From Candidatus Aldehydirespiratoraceae bacterium (lineage in GTDB: Bacteria > Actinomycetota > Acidimicrobiia > Acidimicrobiales > Aldehydirespiratoraceae): a stretch of DNA of 64,000 nt. The stretch covers positions 214,029-278,028 of the forward strand of contig OZ244902.1 in NCBI GenBank assembly GCA_965221635.1, in the 5' to 3' direction. The notes beneath the pieces were generated by a model. The model was not told the DNA's origin and made no database searches. It worked only from the letters and a program-made list of their open reading frames with translations. Position numbers and translations under genes: made by a program. Shown here piece by piece: positions 28,200-36,218 of this stretch (positions are counted from its first letter, which is position 1; the number at the start of each line of letters is the position of its first letter).

Positions 28200-29444
28200 T
28201 CAGTTGTCGATGTAGCGGTTGCTGATCACAGTGGACACATCCACTGCGGATTCGATGATGCCGAGTTCCAGGCCGTCATCGGCGAGAGCCTGGATGGTGT
28301 CCACGTCGCACCAGCCCATGCCGTTGTCGGCCACGCCGGGGCCGGTGTTCTGCATGTCGATGCGGTAGTCGATCACCGCCAGGTTGCGTGCCATGTTGTC
28401 GGCGCCCACCGCGTAACGAGAGCCGATCTCGCCTGCTGCTTCGGGGTTCTCCTCGATCCACAGCTTGGCCTTCACGATTGCGTCCACGAAACGACCAACC
28501 AGGTCGGCGTTGTCCTCGAGCCAGCCACGCTTGGCGAAGAACACGTCGTTCGGCCCCGGAATGGTGTCGTACTCCCAGATCTCGTAGTCACCGGCCACGT
28601 CCTCGGGGAATCCACCCGCCTCGAACAGAGCCCAGTTGATCGAACCCCACGTGGAGGCTGCCTGCGCGGCGCCCGCCAGCAGGGCGGTGCCGAAGTCCAC
28701 GCCGGTGGCGGCGAAGGTGACCTCGTCCTCGGTGATGCCGTTTGCCGCCAACAGCAGCGCTGCGTACCACTTGCTGGTGGACGCCTGCGAGGTGACCGCG
28801 ATGGTCTTGCCGCGGAGGTCTTCGGGGGTGTTCACCCCGGCGGCGTTGTTCACCAGCATCGTGAGCCAGTTCTTGGTGTAGGGACAGTAGAAGCCCTCGA
28901 GATCCTCACCGGCGAGCACCGCGAAGAAACCCGAGAACGGGTCGGCCATGGCAATGTCGGCGTTGCCCGCCACCACCTGGCGAACCGCGTCGCCTGCGCC
29001 CTGGCCGGGCAGCTGCTCGAAGATGATCCCGGCGTCGGCGAAGTAGCCGTTCTCCTCGGCCACGTAGAAGTCGATGAAATCGATGAACTTGGCGGCGCCC
29101 CAAGGCACGAGGCGGATCGTGGTCATCTCCACCGGCTGGGTGGTCATCTCACCGTCGCCGTCGTCCATGTCGCCGTCGTCCATGTCGTCGGTGCTCATGT
29201 CGTCGTCGGACATGTCGCCGTCGTCCATGTCGTCATCATCGGCGGGTGTGGCGGCGGCTGCTTCGTCATCGTCGTCTTCGGCTGGGGCGTCGGAGGACCC
29301 GGAATCGGCGCCGGAACTCTCCGAGCCGGTGGCGGCCGACGGGGCGGGGTCGTCGTCATCGCCGCCACAGGATGCGGCGACGAGTGCGACCATCACCAGC
29401 ATTGCGATCCATCGTGCCCAACGGCTACGTCTTGATTGTGTCAT
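28200..29444 (-). CDS. ABC transporter substrate-binding lipoprotein (NMT1/THI5-like fold suspected) with an acidic D/M repeat linker
   Basis: Lipobox LVAASCGG, then DDDDMDDGDMSDDDMSTDDMDDGDMDDGDGE, then a periplasmic binding domain. Strong AAGAGGAGG RBS. Confidence 0.7.
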   Translation of the reverse strand: MTQSRRSRWARWIAMLVMVALVAASCGGDDDDPAPSAATGSESSGADSGSSDAPAEDDDDEAAAATPADDDDMDDGDMSDDDMSTDDMDDGDMDDGDGEMTTQPVEMTTIRLVPWGAAKFIDFIDFYVAEENGYFADAGIIFEQLPGQGAGDAVRQVVAGNADIAMADPFSGFFAVLAGEDLEGFYCPYTKNWLTMLVNNAAGVNTPEDLRGKTIAVTSQASTSKWYAALLLAANGITEDEVTFAATGVDFGTALLAGAAQAASTWGSINWALFEAGGFPEDVAGDYEIWEYDTIPGPNDVFFAKRGWLEDNADLVGRFVDAIVKAKLWIEENPEAAGEIGSRYAVGADNMARNLAVIDYRIDMQNTGPGVADNGMGWCDVDTIQALADDGLELGIIESAVDVSTVISNRYIDN

Positions 29445-29552
29445 GTCGCCTCCTCTTGGTGGCTTGTGGCGGGAACGGTCAGCTCCCGCCTTGATCTTGT
29501 CACCCCAGTCGTTCGAGACTGGTGCCGGGACTCAGGCCCTCATTTGGGCAGA

Positions 29553-29592
29553 CTAGCGAATCATATAGTCAATAGTCAATCGAATATCTGGT
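29553..29592. promoter_or_regulatory. AT-rich putative operator/promoter core in the divergent spacer between the GntR gene and the ABC operon
   Basis: ctagcgaatcatatagtcaatagtcaatcgaatatctgg, with tandem TAGTCAA x2. This is the only AT-rich patch in the spacer. Confidence 0.3.
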
Positions 29593-29616
29593 CGGCGGTC
29601 GTGGCATGATGTAGCC

Positions 29617-30336
29617 GTGACCTCCTCTTCAGAGTCCCCCTCGGTGGCGTCGAGCCTCTCCGCTGACGGCGTGGAGCCGGCCGCGCAGCCGTTCCGCAAA
29701 CCCAAGACCGCCCAGGAGGCGGTGCTGGCCGAGATGCGCAGGCAGCTGCTCGACGGCCGGTTGCAGCCCGGCGCCGCGGTTCGGCCCGATGCCATCGGTG
29801 AGCAGTTGGGGGTGTCCGCGGTGCCGGTGCGCGAGGCGCTGAGAATCCTCGAAGGCGAGGGTCACGTGGTGTATCGACCTCACCGCGGTTACGTGGTGGC
29901 GGCCCTCGACAGCAGCGACCTGATCGAGATTTACCGGATTCGTGAACTGCTCGAAACCGAGGCGGTGCGCACGGGCCTGCCGGAACTCACAGCGGACAAC
30001 ATTGCAGACCTAAAGGGAATCGTGGCCCAGATGGAGCAGGTTCAAGGTGACGTGCTGGCGCTCACCGAGGTGAACCGGCGCTTCCATTTCACGGTGTTCG
30101 GGGCTTCGGGCATGCCGCAGTTGGTGCGACTGTTGCGCATCCTGTGGGATTCGTCGGACCGCTACCGGGTGCGCTACCTGATGTCGCCACAGAACCGTGA
30201 ACTGGTGCACGACCAGCACATGCGGATGTTCGACGCGGCGACGCGGCGTGACACCGATGCGTTCCTCGCCGAGAGCAAACGCCACCGAGCCCACGCAATA
30301 GCCGCGCTGAGCGATCACGCAGTAGTGGGCTCGTAG
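29617..30336 (+). CDS. GntR family transcriptional regulator (FCD C-terminal domain type)
   Basis: wHTH block LGVSAVPVREALRILEGEGHVVYRPHRGYVV and an FCD-like helical C-terminal domain. Confidence 0.85.
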   Translation: MTSSSESPSVASSLSADGVEPAAQPFRKPKTAQEAVLAEMRRQLLDGRLQPGAAVRPDAIGEQLGVSAVPVREALRILEGEGHVVYRPHRGYVVAALDSSDLIEIYRIRELLETEAVRTGLPELTADNIADLKGIVAQMEQVQGDVLALTEVNRRFHFTVFGASGMPQLVRLLRILWDSSDRYRVRYLMSPQNRELVHDQHMRMFDAATRRDTDAFLAESKRHRAHAIAALSDHAVVGS

Positions 30337-30378
30337 CCCGGGCCGCCGCGGCCGGGGCCGTCACCGGGGCGGCGCGGC

Positions 30379-31980
30379 TCAGGGGCCGGTGGCGCTGCCG
30401 ATCTGAGCTCTGGGATCGGCGGCGCCCGCGAAGGTGCCTTGAGGGGTGACCTCGATGAGGTGGGCATGGCCGAAACTGTGGGGACTGTTCTCGAACACGC
30501 TCACCTGGTGTGCTCGCTTTTCGAGCCCTTCGACCCAGCCGGTTTGGTTGCCTTCGATCACCACTCGGCGGGCTTGGTGGGGGCGCCAGGTGTCGAATCC
30601 GGGGTCGTGATCGGCCGGGGCGATTATCCACCGGGCCGCTGAGATTGCCGTGCCGGGGGTTTGGCCGAGGCGCAGGGTGCGGTCGAGAAGTTGCAGCAGG
30701 ATCTGGGGTTGGGAGTCGCCGCCCATCGTGCCGAGCACCATTCGCAGGCTGTTGTCGTTGTTGGTGACCAGCGCCGGTGAGAGCGTGTGCGGTGGCCTTC
30801 GGCCTGGGCTGTACTCGGCGGGGTGGCCCGCTTCGAGGCTGAAGCCGATGCCGCGGTCGTGCAGGAAGATGCCAGTTCCGGGCGCCACCAGGTGAGCGCC
30901 GAAACCGCTGGCGTTGGAGTTGATCAGCGACACGCCCATGCCGTTTTTGTCGATGGCGCACAGGTAGGTGGTGTCGCCTGGTGTGGCGGGCGGGGTCACT
31001 TGTGATGCCCGGTCGGGGTTGATGGCGTTGCGTCGTGGTTCGAGCCGTTCGGGTGCCAGCAGCGCTTTGCCGTCGGCGCCGTCGTGGAGCACCGCCACCC
31101 TGTCTTGTGCGGCTTGTGCGGCGGCTTCCACCAGCAGGTGCGCCCACGCCGAGTTCGTGGTGTTCGGCATTTCAAGCCCGTCGGCGATCCACGCCGCAGC
31201 CAAGGTGAGATATCCCTGCGAACTCGGAGGAACAGTCCACAACACATGGCCGTGCGCTTCGACTCGCAGGGGTGCCACCCAGCGGGCCACCGGGCGGGCC
31301 AGATCGGTCTCGCTGTATTCGCCTTCGCCGAGTTGGATGAGCGCCTCGCCGAACTCGCCTCCGTAGAACCCTGCGCGGCCATGACGCAGGATCGCCTCGA
31401 GGGCTCTGGCGGTGCCGGGGCGACGGATTGTTTGCGCCGGCTTCAGGGTGGCGGGGATGTCGGTGTTGTGGGCCACCTCTGCCACTTCGCCGGCTCGTTC
31501 GGCCAGCAGCGGCGACGCCGGGAACCCGTCGGTGGCGAGCCGGATCGCCTCGGCCAGCACATCTTCCAGTGGAAGGCGCCCGAAGCGCTCGTGCAGGGCA
31601 AGCCAGCCGTCCACCGCGCCGGGCACCGTCACCGAGGCCACGTGACCCCGAAGCGGTACTTCCGTTAGGCCTTGGGTTCTGAGGCGTTGCGCGTCGGCGC
31701 CGGAGCCCGCGAACCCGGCACTGTCAAGGGCCACCGGTGGGCCTGTGCCGTTGTGAACCAGCGCCCAAACGTCACCACCGGGCCCGCACATGTGCGGCGA
31801 GGTGACAGCCAGCACGGCGTTGGCCCCCACAGCCGCATCCGCGGCCGAACCTCCACGCCGAAGTAGTTCCACTCCTGCAGCGGTGGCCAACCCGTCCACT
31901 GTTGAGACCATCCCCCGCACCGCGGTGGAAGTGAGTCCGTCCTGGTGTGTCATCAAACTCCAATCGTTTACTGACTTCAC
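30379..31980 (-). CDS. ggt: gamma-glutamyltransferase family protein
   Basis: Autoprocessing/nucleophile region PGDTTYLCAIDKNGMGVSLINSN and the C-terminal GGDSQPQ block. Confidence 0.85.
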   Translation of the reverse strand: MKSVNDWSLMTHQDGLTSTAVRGMVSTVDGLATAAGVELLRRGGSAADAAVGANAVLAVTSPHMCGPGGDVWALVHNGTGPPVALDSAGFAGSGADAQRLRTQGLTEVPLRGHVASVTVPGAVDGWLALHERFGRLPLEDVLAEAIRLATDGFPASPLLAERAGEVAEVAHNTDIPATLKPAQTIRRPGTARALEAILRHGRAGFYGGEFGEALIQLGEGEYSETDLARPVARWVAPLRVEAHGHVLWTVPPSSQGYLTLAAAWIADGLEMPNTTNSAWAHLLVEAAAQAAQDRVAVLHDGADGKALLAPERLEPRRNAINPDRASQVTPPATPGDTTYLCAIDKNGMGVSLINSNASGFGAHLVAPGTGIFLHDRGIGFSLEAGHPAEYSPGRRPPHTLSPALVTNNDNSLRMVLGTMGGDSQPQILLQLLDRTLRLGQTPGTAISAARWIIAPADHDPGFDTWRPHQARRVVIEGNQTGWVEGLEKRAHQVSVFENSPHSFGHAHLIEVTPQGTFAGAADPRAQIGSATGP

Positions 31981-33203
31981 CCAGCTTCGGCGATCCCGGC
32001 CGGCACTGGCCAGCGCAGGATGCCGGTTTCGGTTCTTGTGTCGGCTTGGGCGTAGTCGGGGTCGGCGGGGAATGCGATCCGGTGAGGGCTGTCGTCGTCG
32101 TAGCGGATTCGCACGTGCTCGTCGTGGTCGGGGGTGCCTGCGGCTGCGGCGCGCAGCGCGGCTTGGATGCTTGGGAACTTGGACAGGCGGTGCAGCATTC
32201 CGATGGTGGGGGTCATCATCACCATCTCGCCCCGGTCGTTGAGGTCGATCGCCTCCGCGGGGCGCATCCAGCGATGCTCCACTGCCTCGTCGAGGTCGGC
32301 GAGCGGTACCTGACCTTGGGGCATTGCGGTCACGAAGAAGCGGGTGTCGTAACGCCTAGGCGGGCCGAGGGGGGTCTTCCACCTTCCCACGAAATGCACC
32401 TGCGCCCCGGCGAGGCGCAAACCCTCGGCGCGCATCGTGGAGATGAAGTCCCGTTCGCCTGCGTTCACTTCCGCACGGTAAGCGCCAAATCGTCTGGCAG
32501 TTTCCGGCGGGGACAAGTCAACGATGCCGCTGTGAAGATTGTCGTCGCCGGGGAGGTGTGTGGCGACGGCCCCGGATCGCGTGCCCGAGGCCCCGGATTG
32601 CCCGCCGCCGGGCCCGGGCTGCACGGCTTCATTGCGAGTTTGCATTGGGCCATTGGCAGAGTGAGAAGAGCCGCCGGGCTCGAGGGGCTTGCCGGGTGGG
32701 GTCGGCTTGCCGGCGTGGTGCGCCGGATTGCCGGCGTGGTGTGCGAGCAGCACTCCGGCCTCCTCGAAGGTCTCGCGCAACGCCGCCACCCAGAACGCGA
32801 TGCCGCCCCGTTCAACACCAACGGCGGCCGACGCCTCCGGGTCGGTGCGACCGGCAACGGTGTCATCAGCGATCTGATCGCCGTCACGGGGATCCACCGC
32901 CCCGCCCGGGTACACCCACATGTCTCCCACGAACACGGACCGGGAGTTGCGTTTCAGCATCAGCACCTGCAGGTCGGGACGCTCCGCCAGGATCAAGATG
33001 GTGGCTGCGTCACGCACCGGCACCCCGGCCGGGTCGTAATCGCCGCCGCTTCCAGGCGAGTCCGCCCCCAGCGAAACCCGCCGACCCCAACTCACCACAA
33101 GCCCCGTCCCCCGAACCAGCCCACCAAGAGCGGCCAAAGCAGCAGATCCCCAGTCACCGCCCCATTCTCCCCCAGGCAACGACTCGTTCCGACTCGCACA
33201 CAC
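31977..33203 (-). CDS. NUDIX hydrolase with a low-complexity insertion (start uncertain)
   Basis: NUDIX box GGAVDPRDG...AALRETFEEAGVLL. ATGA overlap with ggt. The first 60 or so codons of the track ORF are Gly-rich and doubtful. Confidence 0.7.
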   Translation of the reverse strand: MCASRNESLPGGEWGGDWGSAALAALGGLVRGTGLVVSWGRRVSLGADSPGSGGDYDPAGVPVRDAATILILAERPDLQVLMLKRNSRSVFVGDMWVYPGGAVDPRDGDQIADDTVAGRTDPEASAAVGVERGGIAFWVAALRETFEEAGVLLAHHAGNPAHHAGKPTPPGKPLEPGGSSHSANGPMQTRNEAVQPGPGGGQSGASGTRSGAVATHLPGDDNLHSGIVDLSPPETARRFGAYRAEVNAGERDFISTMRAEGLRLAGAQVHFVGRWKTPLGPPRRYDTRFFVTAMPQGQVPLADLDEAVEHRWMRPAEAIDLNDRGEMVMMTPTIGMLHRLSKFPSIQAALRAAAAGTPDHDEHVRIRYDDDSPHRIAFPADPDYAQADTRTETGILRWPVPAGIAEAG

Positions 33204-33551
33204 CCCTCCTCACCGCCAACAGACCCCGATGCCACCACCCCGCCATCCCTCCGCTCGCGCACTGAGCGTGCATCGGGCAAGGCAAGCGTTGCAGCAGTGG
33301 GCTATCGGGTTGGCTGTTCACCGGAGCGCTCCCCGCGCCCGCCCGACTCCAAGGCAACCGTGCTGAATTGAACTGAGCCCTTGGAGAGCGGGGTTGCTTT
33401 GGAGTGACGGACTCGTCGAGTCTTGTGACTCTGAATCCCTGATGTGTTGGCATCTTTTGGTTTGATCATGCCATATCTATTGCACAGATACTGAGCCTGT
33501 TCATCATCTGAAGTAGTCATAGATCTCTTGAGATAAATGTTGAATTAGAGG

Positions 33552-34760
33552 TTGGTAGTGTCTCACACACCAAGTACACTTGTTCTCATGAACACAAACC
33601 CCCAAACTCTGACACAAACGGAGCATCAATCCACACTGGAGGTGCGAGTCGCCGGGCAGGATCCCACACGGTTGGGTGACGCCGATCTCGACGCCCGCAT
33701 CGTGGAGTTGGGCCGGGCACGGGCACGCCTGGACGGGATGATGGCCCAAGCCCTCGCCGAGAAACAATCCCGCGACGGCCAGCACGCCGCGGTGGAGGTG
33801 CTGCGCTGGCGGCTCAAGCTGTCCAGCACCCAGGCACAAGCCGAAACCAAACTCGCCGCAGCCCTCGCCGACGGCCTGGGCGACACCATGGCTGCGATGG
33901 CAGCCGGGGAGATCCACGCCGCGCACGCCCGGGTGATCATCAACGCCCAAGGCAACGAGGACTACCACAACGAAACCGAACTGCTGCGCATGGCCGCCAC
34001 CGAACCCCCCGACCGTCTCCGGCGCATGGTGCGCAAATGGTGGACCCCAGACCCCGACTCCAATGCACGCACCCAACGTCAGCACGACAACCGCGCCGCG
34101 TCGTTCAAACGTCAAGACGACGGCACTTGGGAACTATGGGGCCGCTTCGACACAGACACCGGCAAGATGATCAGCCTCGGCATCGCCGGCATGATGCGCC
34201 ACCTCAAGGTTTGCGAGTCCACCCGCAGCAGCCTCCCGGACGAAAGAACGCCCCAACAACGCCGAGCCGATGCCATAGCGCGTTTGTTGATCGGCGCCGA
34301 CCCGCACAAGGTCGAACACGCCACCGTGATCGTCACCGCGCAGGTCGACACCGAACAGGGCACGATCGGCGGGTTCCGCTACGACGACGGCACCCCCGTC
34401 GCCAACGAACGCCTCGGGCAGGTGCTCGCCAACGCCGATTTGGTGCCCGCAGTGTTTGACACCACCGGACGACCGTTGTGGATCGGCCGGGCACAACGAG
34501 CAGCCACCGCCGCCCAACGTTTGGCGCTGGCCGCAAGAGACGGTGGATGTGTCGGATGTGACACCCCCGCCGAGCACTGCGACGCCCACCACATCAAATG
34601 GTGGTCACAAGGCGGACCCACCGACATCGACAACCTCGCCCTGGTCTGCCCAAACTGCCACAACCAAATCCACAAAGGCGGCGCCAAAATCCGCCCCGAC
34701 CCCAACCACCCCGCCACCTACCAACTAACACCCCCACCCCAACACGCCAAAGCCGCCTAA
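33552..34760 (+). CDS. DUF222 domain / HNH endonuclease (13E12-repeat-type protein)
   Basis: C-terminal HNH: CVGCDTPAEHCDAHHIKWWSQGGPTDIDNLALVCPNCHNQIH. DUF222-like helical N-terminal region. The gene begins in an AT-rich patch. Confidence 0.85.
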   Translation: MVVSHTPSTLVLMNTNPQTLTQTEHQSTLEVRVAGQDPTRLGDADLDARIVELGRARARLDGMMAQALAEKQSRDGQHAAVEVLRWRLKLSSTQAQAETKLAAALADGLGDTMAAMAAGEIHAAHARVIINAQGNEDYHNETELLRMAATEPPDRLRRMVRKWWTPDPDSNARTQRQHDNRAASFKRQDDGTWELWGRFDTDTGKMISLGIAGMMRHLKVCESTRSSLPDERTPQQRRADAIARLLIGADPHKVEHATVIVTAQVDTEQGTIGGFRYDDGTPVANERLGQVLANADLVPAVFDTTGRPLWIGRAQRAATAAQRLALAARDGGCVGCDTPAEHCDAHHIKWWSQGGPTDIDNLALVCPNCHNQIHKGGAKIRPDPNHPATYQLTPPPQHAKAA

Positions 34761-34880
34761 CCCCCACGCCCGCTGCCCACCGCAGCCAGCGGGAAACCAC
34801 TGGGAAGACACCCACACGTCCCGAGACTTAAGGGACGGTGACTTCCTCCCGCGCCATGCAGGCGACACTCGTACCGCTGA

Positions 34881-35195
34881 TCAGGGGTTGAGCACTCTGT
34901 CGGGATTGGATTCTGCTTCCCACTCGACGTCGATGGGAGACACGATGTCGCCCAGGATCTCCATCCGTCCGCGATCAATCCCGAACAGCGTTTTGGGCTT
35001 CTGGCGGCACGGCACGAGACGGGCAGTGGGGTGGCCGTTCTTGATGATGACGATCTGCTCACCGGTGGTGGCCACTTCGTCCATGAGTTCCAGGCAGTTG
35101 GCCTTGAATTCGGACGCCTCCACGGTGCGGGGCTCAGCGGGGATGTCTGCATTGGCATCCATGTCTCGGCTCTCTTCAGGTTTGCGCAATGTCAC
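34881..35195 (-). CDS. Phd/YefM-family antitoxin-like protein, copy A (no cognate toxin gene found)
   Basis: EASEFKANCLELMDEVATTGEQIVIIKNGHPTARLVP...ILGDIVSPIDVEW. By homology to copy B the start may be the Met at 35162. Confidence 0.75.
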   Translation of the reverse strand: MTLRKPEESRDMDANADIPAEPRTVEASEFKANCLELMDEVATTGEQIVIIKNGHPTARLVPCRQKPKTLFGIDRGRMEILGDIVSPIDVEWEAESNPDRVLNP

Positions 35196-35284
35196 GAAGT
35201 TTAACGATACTCATCATTATCACCCTCGCAACGTGCGCCCAAAATCGGACCACTAACCGGTGCCAGACATCGGTGACGCGCATG

Positions 35285-35298
35285 GCAATGTGCATTGC
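35285..35298. promoter_or_regulatory. perfect inverted repeat GCAATG-TG-CATTGC, about 20 nt upstream of the RHH antitoxin start (candidate autoregulatory operator)
   Basis: Read directly at 35285-35298 in the lower-GC spacer between the divergent Phd-like copy A and mazE-like genes. Confidence 0.4.
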
Positions 35299-35317
35299 AC
35301 TTCGGTATGCTGTGGGC

Positions 35318-35566
35318 ATGGTACAATTTGTGACGCGGGTCGGGGACGAACTCGCAGATGCCGTTGACGAGCTTGTTGAGGCTGGGGTCGTTTCGAGTCG
35401 TTCCGAGGCAGTACGGCTTGGCCTTGAGCAGTTCGTGGATCGCTGTCGTCGCAATGAGATCGGGGCGCGAATCGCCCGCGGCTATCGGGCACATCCACAG
35501 CGCGACGACGAAATCGCTTGGGCCGATGAGGCGACGGTGAGGATGATCGCCGAGGAACCTTGGTGA
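35318..35566 (+). CDS. mazE: ribbon-helix-helix antitoxin (MazE/CopG-like)
   Basis: MVQFVTRVGDELADAVDELVEAGVVSSRSEAVRLGLEQF is an RHH pattern. Its end overlaps the toxin start. The track start at 35189 is judged too far upstream. Confidence 0.7.
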   Translation: MVQFVTRVGDELADAVDELVEAGVVSSRSEAVRLGLEQFVDRCRRNEIGARIARGYRAHPQRDDEIAWADEATVRMIAEEPW

Positions 35567-35880
35567 ACGTGTCGCCAAGGCAAGGCGAGATTTGGTGGGC
35601 AGAAGCCGAAGGCAAGCGACGACCGGTACTGATCGTCACACGCAGCGACGCTGTTTCGCTACTGACATGGATCGTTGTCGCGCCGGTGACACGGACCATT
35701 CGTCGGATTCCCACCGAAGTCCGGTTAGGGGCGAGTCATGGACTCCCTGAAGAGTGTGTCGCGTCATTTGACAACCTGCAGCCGATTCGACGCTCCTTCC
35801 TCACGCAACGCGTGGGGGTGCTTGGGATCGAGCAGCTTGATGAGATCTGCCGGGCGCTTCGGGCGCTTGCCGACTGTTGA
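35560..35880 (+). CDS. mazF: MazF/PemK-family mRNA interferase toxin
   Basis: RQGEIWWAEAEGKRRPVLIVTRSD...VVAPVTRTIRRIPTEV. Typical size of 106 aa. Confidence 0.8.
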   Translation: MVNVSPRQGEIWWAEAEGKRRPVLIVTRSDAVSLLTWIVVAPVTRTIRRIPTEVRLGASHGLPEECVASFDNLQPIRRSFLTQRVGVLGIEQLDEICRALRALADC

Positions 35881-36218
35881 TCTACGAGGCGCCAACCAGC
35901 AGCCGACAGCACAAGCCGGTCACGCCGATGGCAATGCCCGCCACTTCCCGGCGAGTCAGCCCCCGGGAAACCCGCAGTCCTCCACTAACCACAGACCCCG
36001 TCCCCCACGCTCGACCACCCCAGACCCCTGCCCGCAGCACACGGCACATGACCAACCCCGACGCATGGACCTGCACCACAACCCGGCACGCACACACTCC
36101 GAGAAGCCAAGTCAATGCCCAGTCGTCGGCTGGCCGTTCCTGGTTCGCGTGCGGTGACCCTGTGGAAGGGCCTCGGTGGCGTGGAGCGGGGGCGTTGGGG
36201 GCTGCGTGTTGCAGCGGC

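Noticed and set aside
29445-29616. TPP (THI-box) riboswitch upstream of the NMT1/THI5-like binding protein gene.
   Set aside because: I could not find the conserved CUGAGA ... ACCUGAUCUGGAUAAUGCCAGCG-type core on the coding strand. Only generic hairpins are present.
30337-30379. A bidirectional rho-independent terminator between the convergent GntR and ggt genes.
   Set aside because: The spacer is GC-rich with partial palindromes, but I could not draw a clean stem followed by a T-tract on either strand.
33203-33552. A tRNA or tRNA fragment as the island's integration site.
   Set aside because: No T-arm (GGTTCGAATCC-like) or acceptor/anticodon architecture could be read on either strand. No integrase is nearby.
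34760-34880. A truncated VapC/PIN or RelE toxin remnant downstream of Phd-like copy A.
   Set aside because: None of the three frames gives an M-x-L-L-D-T-type PIN start or any protein-like stretch. The segment is short and partly antisense to the HNH gene end.
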